Positions 47,805 to 59,369 of a stretch of 64,000 bases of DNA are shown here, in pieces. The DNA comes from Craspedostauros australis (lineage: Eukaryota). The stretch is taken from NCBI GenBank assembly GCA_030167865.1, contig JALAGF010002968.1, forward strand, positions 1 through 64,000, in the 5' to 3' direction. A program made the position numbers and the translations under genes. Each line of letters begins with the position of its first letter. Positions within the stretch are counted from its first letter, which is position 1. The notes under the pieces were generated by a model, which saw only the letters and a program-made list of their open reading frames with translations, made no database searches and had not been told where the DNA came from.

Positions 47805-49729
47805 CCTCGCAGGTGTACGCGTAGTGCAATGGAGGAGAGCGCAGGTTCTGTGCTGTCAATGGACGATGGAGATTCCCTGAGGCAGACAATCAGCCAAGCG
47901 AGAATCCCTCCTGTTCTCTGGTTCGAGGTTCAAGTCCGCAAATCACAACAACGATCACAGCGACGGTCACAACGGCACGAAGCGAAGCCTTTCTTCGTAC
48001 GCGTACTCGCAAGGAGTGCCTGGAGCGATGCCTTCTATTAGATGGACGCAAGTAGAACTGCAGCTGCCTGTATGATGCTATTGCTGTCTGAGTATCGATG
48101 GCAACGGTGGTTGATCCTTTTGTCGACCCTTCGTTGCTCAGAGGCTTCTTCTTCTCTCTCTTGTCGCGCTCTGTTTGGCGTTCCTCGATCGTCCCACCAG
48201 GTTGCGGAGTGCAAGGACCACGACACCTCCCTCCGTGGTATTTTCCTCCTTTGTGCCACGGAACAGGATCCCAGAATCAAGGAAGAGGAAAATTGAATCG
48301 TGTGGAAAGACTCTGTAGTTTTCGGCGTTGTTCGTGTGTTCGGGTCGTTCGGGTCAAGCTGGTCGCCTCCATGCGACTGACTGAATGACGTACGTTTTAT
48401 TAGCAACCCAATTCACCATTTCAACATCTGTCTCCTAGTCGTGTATACGGTCTGAGAAAGGTGTCGAAATCGAGCTTTCGTTTCTTACTTTGGTGCAATA
48501 TCAACAAAAAATGGCAAAATTGTTGTTCATTGCCTGTTTCGATCAAACCAACCAAGAACAAGCAGAAAATGGAAAGGAGGAACCAAGGCGATGACGTGCA
48601 GATGCGCGTGGAGCTGGAAACTTGGTTCGTGCGGGAATGCGCACGAGTCTGCAAATGGTGTGCGTCTCCGCCTCTTTCTTTCCAACACGAGTCAAAGAGG
48701 CGTCAGAGGGGTTGCATTCCGGGTGGAGAGCAGAGTATATGAATCTCGAACCACAATCGACTGCTTGCTTTCCTGGGATTGTGACGCCCTACTCCAACCT
48801 GTCCCACATACTCCTTGCTCCTTAATGCTCCATACGTACGTACTCCAGGCATGCCCCTTCAATGCTACAATTGCAATCCAGTTCCCAGCTGAGTTGCAGA
48901 CATCCAAAGAGAATTCCTCGTGTATTTCGGCCCGTCCCTTGAGACTTGGTATGCCATAAATATTAACGTTGGTTTCGCCGCTGGTTTGTGCATGATGTTG
49001 TTGTTACAGTTGCTGTTGTTGTTGTTGCCCTCTCCACGCATGGCTCGTATGCGCGTGCGTATCCGTGTCCATCTCCAATGCCATTGGTGCCTTCATCTGT
49101 CACACTTTGTGAAGCTCCTCCTTGCATTGGCTTTCTCGGTTTGGTTTGTTTTCCCTCTTCTGCTGCATGGTGGCGCAATCTGTGACAGAGTTGAACGTTG
49201 CCCTGTCTTCACAGCACAGGAAACGCAACACTGCCAGTCTTGGGCGTTAGATGTTGTTAAGAATTCGGCATGTTCGCGGTCACGTGTCATCACCGTTGGG
49301 CCTAATTAGTGCCGACTTCAACAGCCCCGCAATGTCGCAGCGAAGCGCTCGAAGACACGGCGATTCCGACCGGAGCGATCGACTCCAACGAAGCCCGTGG
49401 GGGTTCCGAGCGTATCATCGTCCTGATCAATTCGTGTTCGTGGGAACGCGCAGGAAACGCATCAATCATGTTCCCGTTGTGTTGTCGTTGTTGTTCTTAC
49501 CAGCGGAGGTGCACAGAACGCTGAGTTCCTTCGTCCTCGTTGTTGGCGCCATCGTTGTTATCGTTGTTATCGTTGTTGGGCGTCTCTTGGGCGCATTCCT
49601 TGTCCCACAAATAGATGCCTGTTCTACCAATCAATCCGCAACCCACTTCAATCTTTCACAAAGAGGAGACTCGCACACTCCGGACACAATCACAAGACAC
49701 TACCACAAGACACAATCAATAAGCACACC

Positions 49730-52159
49730 ATGACAACAGACGAAGGACCGCACATGCAACTGCCACTGCAACTGCACATGCAGCAGCCCAACAACGAGAT
49801 CTCATCATCCAACAGGAATCGGTCAGGACGACGACGAAGACAAAGCAACAATCAGAGCAGCAATATTCAAAGCAACAACATTTTCAGCAACAGCCATTCA
49901 GCACATCAAACGCACAAACAGCAACAACGGCAAGCTTCGCAGCGCACGATCAACACGGAGGCATCGCCGACGGGCATCATGGACTTTCCCATCGACGACA
50001 ACCGCTCCAACCTGCTTTCCGCACTGAAGGCGGCGCAGCACCCATCCACCAGACAGTCGACCATGCGCCGTTCCAGGAGCGACGCCAGCGGCGACTTTTC
50101 GTTCGAGGCGCGCCAATCGACTGCAAGCAAACCGAACTCGGGATGGATTGTGGACCCGAGCACGAGCGTCAAGTCGCGTGCAAACACTGGTGCAAACGCT
50201 GAAGCAGGCACCATCCCGCATCGTCGACAACGAGCCACGCGTCGCCTTTCGATGGACTTGGAACGAGCGCCTGCTTCGTCGCGTCAGCTGGGACGACCGG
50301 GATCGCAACAGGGCAATCTCGCCGATCGACGCATGAACCGATCCTTCAGCAGCTTCGGAGGCGCCTTCTCGGACAACGACGATGACGACGACGCCAACCT
50401 GAACAACTCTGGCGACACCCACAACGACACCTTCGATGTGGATGTTTGGATCGGATTCCGCAACGACAGCTTCGCATCACGGCAGCAAAAGCTGGAGCAT
50501 GGGCTGGCGATTCGCGGAAAAGCATCGCAGCCGCTCCAATCGATGTCCGACACCACACCGATGATGAAGTCCGCAGCGGCAGCAGCGATAGCATCCTCTC
50601 TGGCTCCACCCAAGAGCCATTCCTTGGACGCATCGTGGCAAGCCTACTCGCCAATGCGCCAGCAGCGCAAGAAGATGTTGGACTCTGTCAATCATGCTCG
50701 CCCTAATGGCCATTCCCATTCAGAGTTGGGAAGCAGTTGCTCATCACTCAACGTCTCGGATCTGACGCCATCCACATGGAATGTCAGCGAAGTATCGAAG
50801 TCTACCATCACGCAAAGCGAGGAACTCGCCTTGTTTGGCCAGAGCTCGACCTCGACTTGGTTCTCCACGCCATCCAATGCCAGCGGCAGCAGCATCGTGA
50901 TGAACGACAGCGGGATCAGTCTCAACAGTCCCACGGCGTCCAAGCAACCCAAAGCAGGTCATGCGGATGATAGGGATGGGATTGACGAGTTCCCCAAATG
51001 CACCTTCCAAGGCGATGATGACTTTTACGAATTCGTCCGCCACAGGAGCAACACCAAGAAGCAGCAGGTGCCGAGAAGGGAGAGGCCTGGGATCACGCTC
51101 AGTGATGCCAAAGAGAGAAGGCTCGCACGGCGCAGCAGGAACAGCACGGCCGGCAAATCCCCACGAAGAGGAGCCACGCGCAACGACAGCAGCAGCAGGC
51201 AACGCAGAGCAAGGCGACTCTCCAACTCGGATTCAAACGTCTGTGTCACCGAGCCGGCTGCTGCGCTCGATAAGGAAGCGACCCCACGATCGCACCGCAA
51301 ATCCAGGACCCTGCCACCCAAGCCAGCAGGCGGCTCTGCCCGACAGAGGTCATCGGTATCGACTGACGGCCCGTCGCTCACGGATCTGTCCTCGCCGCGA
51401 CAACGCAGCCGCGGCAGCAGCCAAAGCCGCAAGAAGGTTGCAAGCGAAAGCGCTGATCTTGCAGCGCGCTCAGCCACGCGCAACCGCGCCAGCAGCCGGT
51501 CAAGGCGCCATGCGCAGCGTGTGACGAACAGCGGCAGCAAGGACAAAGCACGCGACGACAAGTACGTGGATGATGACGACGAGGATCTTCCCTTCGAAGT
51601 CAAGAAGATCTCCGAAGCGGTGTTCGATTTCCAACGTGTGCCCGCGAGAGCCAGTGGCACGGAATCGGATACAGCCGAGGACGAAGATGGTGCTGGAAAC
51701 GATACGATCCAGATCAATGCAAGCCGCCCTCACTCCGCCCGATCTCTGCGTGGCGCCTCGCTGGAAACACGCCAGAGCGCGAAGCACAGCGGCAGCAGCA
51801 GTGGCAGCGGACAGCCCTCCCGCAAAGGCAGGCACGGCGTCATGCGCTCCCGCAGTTCCAAGGGATCCATGCGAAGGACGACAAGCGCCACGAACGACCT
51901 GGCGACCATGAGACAGCATGCCCAGCCCAAACCCACCCGACGTTCAAGTGCTGGGTATGGGTTAACGCGGACACCGTCGCAAAGGCGAATGGGATCATCG
52001 CGCGCATCGACCTCGATCGCAGAAGCAACCGCCACCACAGATCAGGAGGAGGAGAACAACGAGATCAGCAGCTCCAGACGAAGCCGGCAGAAGCAGGATG
52101 ACGGCAGGCCCGGATCGCGAAGCCGGTCCAAAGCGCGCAGGAAGTCGCACAAGGCATGA
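49730..52159 (+). CDS. Hypothetical intrinsically disordered Ser/Arg-rich protein (up to 809 aa)
   Basis: 2.4-kb open frame after a CA-rich leader; low-complexity S/R/D composition; no domain recognised. Confidence 0.65.
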   Translation: MTTDEGPHMQLPLQLHMQQPNNEISSSNRNRSGRRRRQSNNQSSNIQSNNIFSNSHSAHQTHKQQQRQASQRTINTEASPTGIMDFPIDDNRSNLLSALKAAQHPSTRQSTMRRSRSDASGDFSFEARQSTASKPNSGWIVDPSTSVKSRANTGANAEAGTIPHRRQRATRRLSMDLERAPASSRQLGRPGSQQGNLADRRMNRSFSSFGGAFSDNDDDDDANLNNSGDTHNDTFDVDVWIGFRNDSFASRQQKLEHGLAIRGKASQPLQSMSDTTPMMKSAAAAAIASSLAPPKSHSLDASWQAYSPMRQQRKKMLDSVNHARPNGHSHSELGSSCSSLNVSDLTPSTWNVSEVSKSTITQSEELALFGQSSTSTWFSTPSNASGSSIVMNDSGISLNSPTASKQPKAGHADDRDGIDEFPKCTFQGDDDFYEFVRHRSNTKKQQVPRRERPGITLSDAKERRLARRSRNSTAGKSPRRGATRNDSSSRQRRARRLSNSDSNVCVTEPAAALDKEATPRSHRKSRTLPPKPAGGSARQRSSVSTDGPSLTDLSSPRQRSRGSSQSRKKVASESADLAARSATRNRASSRSRRHAQRVTNSGSKDKARDDKYVDDDDEDLPFEVKKISEAVFDFQRVPARASGTESDTAEDEDGAGNDTIQINASRPHSARSLRGASLETRQSAKHSGSSSGSGQPSRKGRHGVMRSRSSKGSMRRTTSATNDLATMRQHAQPKPTRRSSAGYGLTRTPSQRRMGSSRASTSIAEATATTDQEEENNEISSSRRSRQKQDDGRPGSRSRSKARRKSHKA

Positions 52160-52786
52160 GCTGTCGGCGATGCGCAGCTTGGTTAGAATCAGTGTGCTAC
52201 CATGCAATAGAGTACAGCATGGTAAAATGATATAATATAATAAGATATAATTGGTATTATGATAATAGGAATAGAACAATACTTGGCGCCGCATGAGTCT
52301 CGAGCGTATGGCGGAACTCGCCAGTTCCTCATCACCTGTACAGCAAGCAGACACGAGAGAGAGTACCAGAACCTTGCGAACCATCCACATTTTCTCTTTT
52401 CTTCGCAATGCTGTTCGCCGCTGAAGCCATGTTCGTGTTTTCGCCGGTTTGGGTCGGATGTTGTGAAGAGCAGAAAACTGCGGAAAGGTGGAATCTCGGT
52501 GCGATTTGTCACCACATGCGTAGTTCAAAGTCCGTCACGCATTCCCACGACACCAACAATCAAAGCCGGGGCCGTAGTGTTAGCAGCAACGACACGAAAA
52601 GTCACAAGTTTCAATAATTACTTTGTATCACTAAGGATGAAGAAGACAAGCACTCCCAAAGTCGGACATTCTCATCCGAACCGGAAGGCATTACATTGTG
52701 CGTATGGTGTCTGTCGCGTAACAGCACGATAACAGCAGTCCAAGGAAGCGAAATCAAGTGTTGGCAGCAGGAACAGCAACATCACG

Positions 52787-55700
52787 ATGGGAAGTTCGCG
52801 CAACGACGACACCACTCACCACTCATTGTCTGCATCTGTGGCCACAATCACAATCACAATCACAACCACAGCAAATGCAAATGCAGGAAATCATCAAGTA
52901 AATGTACCGAGCAAGAACAACAACAACGACATTGAAACAGGAGGAGCTTCAGCAGAGAGAGAGAGAGAGAATAGAAGAGGCAAGATGACGGGCAACGCGA
53001 GCCTGGAGTGGACGCCGACGGGAGACAAGATGGAGATGCCGTCGGAGTGGACTTCCGATCCGTTCTTCGGAGAGGCCATCTTCGACGACAGTCCTGGCAA
53101 CAGTCCTGGCAACAACGATGCCAACAATGATGACAACAATGATGACAACATCAATGCCGAGGCCGACACCAAATCCAATGCGACTGTGACTGCGACTGCG
53201 ACTGCAACTGCGAACGCCCGCGAAGCCTTCGATCGCAAGCCGAGCAAACGGACCAGCGGATCCAACCACTCCTCCACCTTCGAGGTGCTGGAGGAGGACC
53301 ACAAGAAGAGCAGGAGCGGCCACCCAAGCCGCAGCGTCGAACGCCAGAACAGCGGAAGCCGGCAGAGGCGAGGCAGCGGCGCGAAACGAAGCAAGAGCGG
53401 CGGCCGTCGCAAGCATCGCAAGGGACACAGCAGGGACAGCAGACATGCGACGGGCAACAGCAATCACAGCCTCACCGATCAGAGCCTGCGACAGAGCGCC
53501 CACAGCCACAATCACAGCACTGCCAACGAATCCTCCTTTGCTTCCTTCGGATTCGATGATCTGTCTTTCGCTGACACCAATGATCACAGCAACAGCAACA
53601 GCAACAGCAACGATGATGGTGTGGCCACCAAGCCGCACAGGCAATCCAAACAACCCAAACGGCATTCTGCTCAAAGCTACAGAGCGGCGTCCAGGAATGA
53701 TGCCAGCAGCAACGCAGATGACGATGCTGCTTTCGAAATTGATTTCGGTGTCATGGACGCCGCCGATGGTTCCCCAAATGATGCAGGCAACGCGAGCGAC
53801 AGCAGCCACAGCGAAGATCTCATTGTGGACGCAGGCTTCGAAAACAGCCTGCAAGACGATATCTTTGATGCCACCCATCCGGAAAATGAACATCGTGACA
53901 ACAACGATAACAGCAACAACAGCAACAACAACAGCAACACAAAGAAAGGAATTGATGCCGCCGCTGACGATGATTATGATGATGATGGAGGACAGGCTGG
54001 CATTCAGGTCAATTTCCTGGAGGGCGGGGCTGTCAGCATCTCGCATCTTGATGGATCGGGCTGCCTCTCGTTGGATTTCATGACCGATGAGAGCACGCAC
54101 AGCACCAACCGATCCAAGCGCCCAGGACGCAAGCATCGCGACGCTGCCAGCAACAACGCTTCTGCTCCCACAACGCCCGACAAACACAAACACAAGCACC
54201 ACGATCGCAGTCATGATCGCGGCACAAAGACCAAGCCCAGAAGTCAACGACGTCTCAATGCATCATTTACAGATCGCACTCCAAAAAGCAAGGATGATGC
54301 TACTACCAGTGCACCCAGAGACAGCGACAACAACAACAACAGCAACAACAATCATGACAAGACCCGGTCAAGGACCAGCACGAAGGAGAAATCGAAGGAG
54401 AAGACAAAGGAGAAGCACCAAACACAAGCAAAATCACCAACGAGGTCGCAGCCACGCGCATCGCACGACGATGACAAAAAGCCAACTGACTCTGCAAAGC
54501 CCAGATCATCGAGGCACCTGTCGTCGCGGCAAAAGCGACCGTCAGCATCCGGACGCCCCAGCTCAAGGCGGCATCTCACATCGTCCGATTCTGACACACT
54601 CAAGCCAGCTGCGGACTCCCTGCGCACGAATGGATCGTCCAGGAAGTCCAGCAGCAAATCTCCGGACGATCGCAAACAGAAGCGACGCTCCAGCCGTAGC
54701 CGCAGCAGGCGTCGCAAGGGCCGCAGTCCGCCCAAGCAAGCTCGCAGCAGGAGCAACAGCCAGAAGCGTACCCACAATCGCCGCCAGCAACGCGGCCGCA
54801 GCGTCGATCCTGACACACAGGCCGCATCTCCACAGCCAGCCGCACCACAACGCAAGGGCCATCGCAAGCCACGTCAGCGTCGATCATGCTCCGTGGATGC
54901 CCAGACGATGGCAGGTGCCGGGGATTCCACACCCAAGATGCGCAGAAAGACCAAGCTCGGATCAGGTCCCAACGACACCACTGCTGCTGGTGCTGCTACC
55001 AATTCCGCATCAAAGCATCGTCGCCAAAGTTCGCGCGCGTTGAGGAAGAGCACATCGAGTGTTTCATCGACCAACGTCAACAGGACGGATGCTTCAAACG
55101 ATGGCGAAGATCTCACGGTGGAATCCGAGCACTTCTCCACGCGAGATGCGCCATCGCGACGTTCATCGTCACAGGCACCGTCAAGCACTCGAAGTTTGGG
55201 TGTGGATTATCAGTCGCCCTTCATTGAGGATCTCCTCAAGGATGCAAAGGAGGCAACAGCGGCAGCGGCAACCACGCCCAACAGCTCGAAGGAAAACAGC
55301 CCACGCGATGTTGCGGAATCCAACTCGACGCGCAACGAAGGTCGATCCATCAAGTTTGGTAGCCGTCGTGGGCTGCTCGTGCGAACCTTATCCTCGGGTG
55401 CATTGAATTTCATCAAGCCGGAATACAAACAGCAGCAATCGACCGATGACGAAGGCGAAAGGCCGATGCGACGGGCTGGCAGGAATCCGCGAAATCGGGG
55501 CACCTCAACGGGGATCAGCGGCAGCACCACGGCCGAAGCCTCACGCAACTTCACCTTCGGTCTGGACAAATCCATCTTCAATCGCCGTGTGGCTCCCAAC
55601 GCCGCCAGCAAGGACGGCTCGGGTGCATTCTCCAAGACCTCGCAAGATGATGTCAACACCCCTCGATTTGATGGCTCCTCCATGCGACGACAGCGCGGCA

Positions 55701-56008
55701 TCACGAGAGCGCAGTCAACACGAGAAGTCACACGAGCCATGACGCGCGAGATGGCAGCAGCCGGCCAGCAGATCGCCGAACGCATGGGTACATTGTTCGA
55801 CGGTCTCCGGATTCCAGGACCCAACTCCAACCTTGGGTCCGGCAATCAGTTCGCAAACGCGACGAACCGCTCGTTGGAGAGCATGAAGCTCGATCAACTG
55901 GCACCGACGATGAAATCTTTGTTCAACAACATGAATCCGCAGCCGGCACCTGACTTTCAACCGTTTGCGGATGATGGCAATCATGAAGACGACGATCTCT
56001 TTGATTAA
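52787..56008 (+). CDS. Hypothetical intrinsically disordered Ser/Arg/Asp/Asn-rich protein (up to 1073 aa)
   Basis: 3.2-kb open frame with alternating acidic and basic blocks. The start may be the AAGATGA ATG at about 52985 (MTGNASLEW). Confidence 0.68.
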   Translation: MGSSRNDDTTHHSLSASVATITITITTTANANAGNHQVNVPSKNNNNDIETGGASAERERENRRGKMTGNASLEWTPTGDKMEMPSEWTSDPFFGEAIFDDSPGNSPGNNDANNDDNNDDNINAEADTKSNATVTATATATANAREAFDRKPSKRTSGSNHSSTFEVLEEDHKKSRSGHPSRSVERQNSGSRQRRGSGAKRSKSGGRRKHRKGHSRDSRHATGNSNHSLTDQSLRQSAHSHNHSTANESSFASFGFDDLSFADTNDHSNSNSNSNDDGVATKPHRQSKQPKRHSAQSYRAASRNDASSNADDDAAFEIDFGVMDAADGSPNDAGNASDSSHSEDLIVDAGFENSLQDDIFDATHPENEHRDNNDNSNNSNNNSNTKKGIDAAADDDYDDDGGQAGIQVNFLEGGAVSISHLDGSGCLSLDFMTDESTHSTNRSKRPGRKHRDAASNNASAPTTPDKHKHKHHDRSHDRGTKTKPRSQRRLNASFTDRTPKSKDDATTSAPRDSDNNNNSNNNHDKTRSRTSTKEKSKEKTKEKHQTQAKSPTRSQPRASHDDDKKPTDSAKPRSSRHLSSRQKRPSASGRPSSRRHLTSSDSDTLKPAADSLRTNGSSRKSSSKSPDDRKQKRRSSRSRSRRRKGRSPPKQARSRSNSQKRTHNRRQQRGRSVDPDTQAASPQPAAPQRKGHRKPRQRRSCSVDAQTMAGAGDSTPKMRRKTKLGSGPNDTTAAGAATNSASKHRRQSSRALRKSTSSVSSTNVNRTDASNDGEDLTVESEHFSTRDAPSRRSSSQAPSSTRSLGVDYQSPFIEDLLKDAKEATAAAATTPNSSKENSPRDVAESNSTRNEGRSIKFGSRRGLLVRTLSSGALNFIKPEYKQQQSTDDEGERPMRRAGRNPRNRGTSTGISGSTTAEASRNFTFGLDKSIFNRRVAPNAASKDGSGAFSKTSQDDVNTPRFDGSSMRRQRGITRAQSTREVTRAMTREMAAAGQQIAERMGTLFDGLRIPGPNSNLGSGNQFANATNRSLESMKLDQLAPTMKSLFNNMNPQPAPDFQPFADDGNHEDDDLFD

Positions 56009-56871
56009 TGAAAGTAAAGCGAAGCAAACACAATACGAGCAAGGTGGAATATTATTCGAATGCAGCGTCCTTCCAAACAGAGCTCGACACGATGAATTGA
56101 CGTGGGGTTCAGCACTCGTACGTATTATAGATCATAGTCGTCCGTTGAAATCTGTCTCTCTCTCCAGAGACAGAGAGAAACATCGTTCTCGTGCGTCGAG
56201 GTAGCGTCGGAAGGGAGGCGACAAATCTCGCCCAAAACATGTTAGAGAGACACTGAGCTTCAAGATGGAACAGAAGCTTCAGCCGATTGTTTTGAGCAGT
56301 TACATGTAATAGATTTGAAGGTGATGCTTGGTTTGCCGTGAACGCTGAGCGCGAGCGAATCGATGTCGAGCAAGTGAAAATCGAGCACCCTGTTTTGGTT
56401 CCGCGACACGTCACGAAGCCCAACAATGAAGCAATTGCCAAGAGGATGAGTTGCCAGCTAGAGTACCATGCCATCTCCCCTCTTCATTGCCTTGTTCTGC
56501 GTCATGACATCGACGCGTTCATTTCCACAGCGACAAGAATGGTAGCGGAGAGACAGGAACGCCGCCAATTCTGTTTCTGCAGCTGCCAACACACGTGGCC
56601 CGAACAAAGAGGGGGACAGAGAGGATCGGTTCCAGACACCAGACGATCGAGACCTATTGTTTCAATTAGATCGCGGCTTGCATTCGGTCAACCGATGCCG
56701 CCGCCCGAGGTCCATCCTTTGTGCTCAAGCCGACTCGTGCATCGGTGTGTGTGTACGAGTGGTGCTCCATCTGCTCCATCTGTTGACCTCTGTTCACTGC
56801 ACTCGATGCTTGGTTGGCTCTATTCTGCACACTCTCACTGAATCGTTCCTATGAGAGCTGGGTGGCTCAGA

Positions 56872-57396
56872 TTAGAACAGAAGCAATTTCGGTTCGTCGT
56901 CGTCATCGCCGTCGTTATCTTGGTTTTCACCGGCCGCTTCATCAGTGAACATCAGAACCTGCGAATCAGCGTTGCCTGCCTCCTTCTTGGAGCTCTCCCA
57001 GTCATCCATCTCGCCGTACAGCTCCTTCTTCTCATCCGCAAGCTGGTGCCAATCGTCGTCCTTCGCTCCCGATTCCACGCTGGCCTTGCGTTCTTCAGAT
57101 CGCTTCCTGGCAGCTGCCAAGAAGTCGGACTCCGTGAATCCGTAGGTGGATTTCATCTTCCCCATCTCATCATCGAGACCTCCCAGTATCAACCCGTCAG
57201 AGCTTTCCGGTTGGTCGCCATCATTTCCTGGTGCAGTCGAACGCAGGAGCACCCTCGATCGTTGTGCTGCTGCTTGTGGATGCGTCCGCGTCTGCACATG
57301 TGCTGGTGCCTGTGCTGGTGCATGCGACACCACGGCAAAGCCGGATACCACTGGCAGGAACAGCGCGCACAGCCCGTGTTGCGTGATCAGTTGCAT
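56872..57396 (-). CDS. Predicted plastid-targeted acidic protein of unknown function (174 aa)
   Basis: Signal-peptide-like MQLITQHGLCALFLPVVSG followed by FAVV (ASAFAP-type cleavage with +1 Phe), then an R/A/Q-rich transit-like stretch and an acidic mature part. Confidence 0.72.
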   Translation of the reverse strand: MQLITQHGLCALFLPVVSGFAVVSHAPAQAPAHVQTRTHPQAAAQRSRVLLRSTAPGNDGDQPESSDGLILGGLDDEMGKMKSTYGFTESDFLAAARKRSEERKASVESGAKDDDWHQLADEKKELYGEMDDWESSKKEAGNADSQVLMFTDEAAGENQDNDGDDDDEPKLLLF

Positions 57397-58076
57397 CTTG
57401 ATTTTGTTTGTCTTGCACGGATGCAGAGAATACGAGCAGAGCACAGGAAGTAGAGAGTGGAGCCGAGTGCGGTTCTTGGCGTTGTAGTTAGGCCTGGTTT
57501 GTGTTTGTGTTTGTGTTGATGCCTTCAGGCCTGCGATTGGAATTGCGATTCTGATTGGGGCTGCGATGATGTTGACGCCCCACCGTTCTTCGCAATGATG
57601 ACCACTGCTGAAGCCTCTTTCGTTCGGCAAAAAGATGTGTGGTGATGGAGTGCGTCACTCTCGCCAATACGAGAAACAAAGCTCGGGATTGAATCCAGTC
57701 CAATCCCATGCCGACTGTCCGTTTATTCAAACGAGTTGTCGTTGTGTTCGTTTTGAAGTATGTCGTTAATCGGCGTAAAGCATGCAACAAAGATAGATAT
57801 TTGCAGTCACAAGAATGACTCGAATGGCGCGACAGACAGCGAAATGGCGCCAATCATCGAGATTCATCCAACGCACGCAGACCTCCTTTCTCGAGACCGT
57901 ACACCCACACATGAGGTGAACAAACGAAAACACGCATTCTCGCAGAAATGATGGCCACATGCTTTGCTTCTATCGGCTGGACATGACAACAATTGGGACA
58001 TCAGTGCAATTCAACACGAACACCGCTGCAAGCACAGCATCAACAATTGGCAGTTCCGGCTCCCTCGACCTTCACC

Positions 58077-59369
58077 ATGGCCAATGCCAACGATGACAAC
58101 GGTTCAGAATGGACGAAGGGAATCGGTCTCTCTGTCCTCGCATCAGTCATCGGGGCAGCGTCCAAGTTTGCCATCCGAAAGTCATGGCTCATGGAGAATG
58201 GAATCGCTGAGAGTGCCAACGCGGTCACACCGGCTCGAACAGCTGCCGATGATCATCCTCCCTTGCATGACGGCAGCTACGAGTATGGGAACAGCACCAT
58301 GGACGGCGACGTTGACAGCAACGACGGTGCGCGCTTGGCCTCTGCAAGAAGGGGACAGAAACACCCATCGCGGAAGCTCAGCAGCACACAGGTCCAATGT
58401 ATCGCCTACGCCCTGAGGTTGTCTGGCATGATCGGGATGTCGTTCCTCAACCCAGCATGCGGCGTCCTCGCCATGCAGTACGCGTCACCTTCCATCACGG
58501 CGCCATTCTCAGGCTTGACACTGGTGTGGATCGTCTGGCTCAGCTACCCCGTCCTGCGAGAACGTCCTTCGAGGAAGCAGGTGTGGGCGACCATATGGAT
58601 CTTAGTGGGCGAGGTGGTCGTGGCTTTGTTCGGCGATCACACCAACGACGAGGGCCTGTCGGAGGCGGGCGTCAAGAAATCGTATCAGGATCCTGTGTTC
58701 GTCGCCTTCCTCATTCTGCTGACGTTGTACATGATGCTCCTGTTCTACTGGATGGGAGATGCGACGGCGATTCGGTCGCCTGCAATTTCCCGATTCGCGT
58801 GGGGGACGGCGGGCGGCACCATCACCGGGCTTCAGAACTTCCTCAAGGATGCGTGGATAGTGCTGCGGGATCAGCAGGAGGCGGCGGCCGATGGCAGGCA
58901 TCCATCGAGATCATTCTTTTACTTCCTTCTCTTCATGGCATCCGTGACAGCATTCGGAGGTTTGCTGATCCTCACGGCCTGCATGAAGAGGTATTCTGCG
59001 ACATTCTCAGGCGCAGCATTCGTGGGTTCCTTCGTGATATCGGCATCCATCATGTCTGCGATCCATTATCGCACGTTCCGATCCCTGGAGGCATGGTACG
59101 ACTACATTCTGTACCCGATTGGGTTGATGCTGCTGGTGCGTGGCACCGGGATGCTGATCCAGGACGATTCTGAACAGCACAGCTCCGATTCTGCGAAAAT
59201 GGTTGATGGGGTGTCGTATTACTCGGAGCACATCGCGGCTTGCGAAGATGACAAGACACGTCGGCAGAAGCCAAAGTACAACTCTGAAGCGGACAGGCAG
59301 CGTGCAGAGAACGGAGGGCAGGCACCAGCCCCATCGCTGATGGGGTCGTATCAGCACCCCGAACTCTGA
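58077..59369 (+). CDS. NIPA-like (Mg_trans_NIPA/DMT superfamily) membrane transporter (430 aa)
   Basis: N-terminal W..GIGLSVLASVIGAASK..IRKSW and AMQYASPSITAPFSGLTLVW....S..VL.E; about nine TM segments; CACCATGG start. Confidence 0.78.
   Translation: MANANDDNGSEWTKGIGLSVLASVIGAASKFAIRKSWLMENGIAESANAVTPARTAADDHPPLHDGSYEYGNSTMDGDVDSNDGARLASARRGQKHPSRKLSSTQVQCIAYALRLSGMIGMSFLNPACGVLAMQYASPSITAPFSGLTLVWIVWLSYPVLRERPSRKQVWATIWILVGEVVVALFGDHTNDEGLSEAGVKKSYQDPVFVAFLILLTLYMMLLFYWMGDATAIRSPAISRFAWGTAGGTITGLQNFLKDAWIVLRDQQEAAADGRHPSRSFFYFLLFMASVTAFGGLLILTACMKRYSATFSGAAFVGSFVISASIMSAIHYRTFRSLEAWYDYILYPIGLMLLVRGTGMLIQDDSEQHSSDSAKMVDGVSYYSEHIAACEDDKTRRQKPKYNSEADRQRAENGGQAPAPSLMGSYQHPEL

Noticed and set aside
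49730-56008. Silaffin/cingulin-like biosilica proteins
   Set aside because: No N-terminal signal peptide and no regular KxxK repeats; Arg dominates over Lys.
12656-59369. Functional cluster of transporters (YtaF-like, SMR, TMEM184, NIPA)
   Set aside because: Widely spaced and interleaved with unrelated genes; no evidence of co-regulation.
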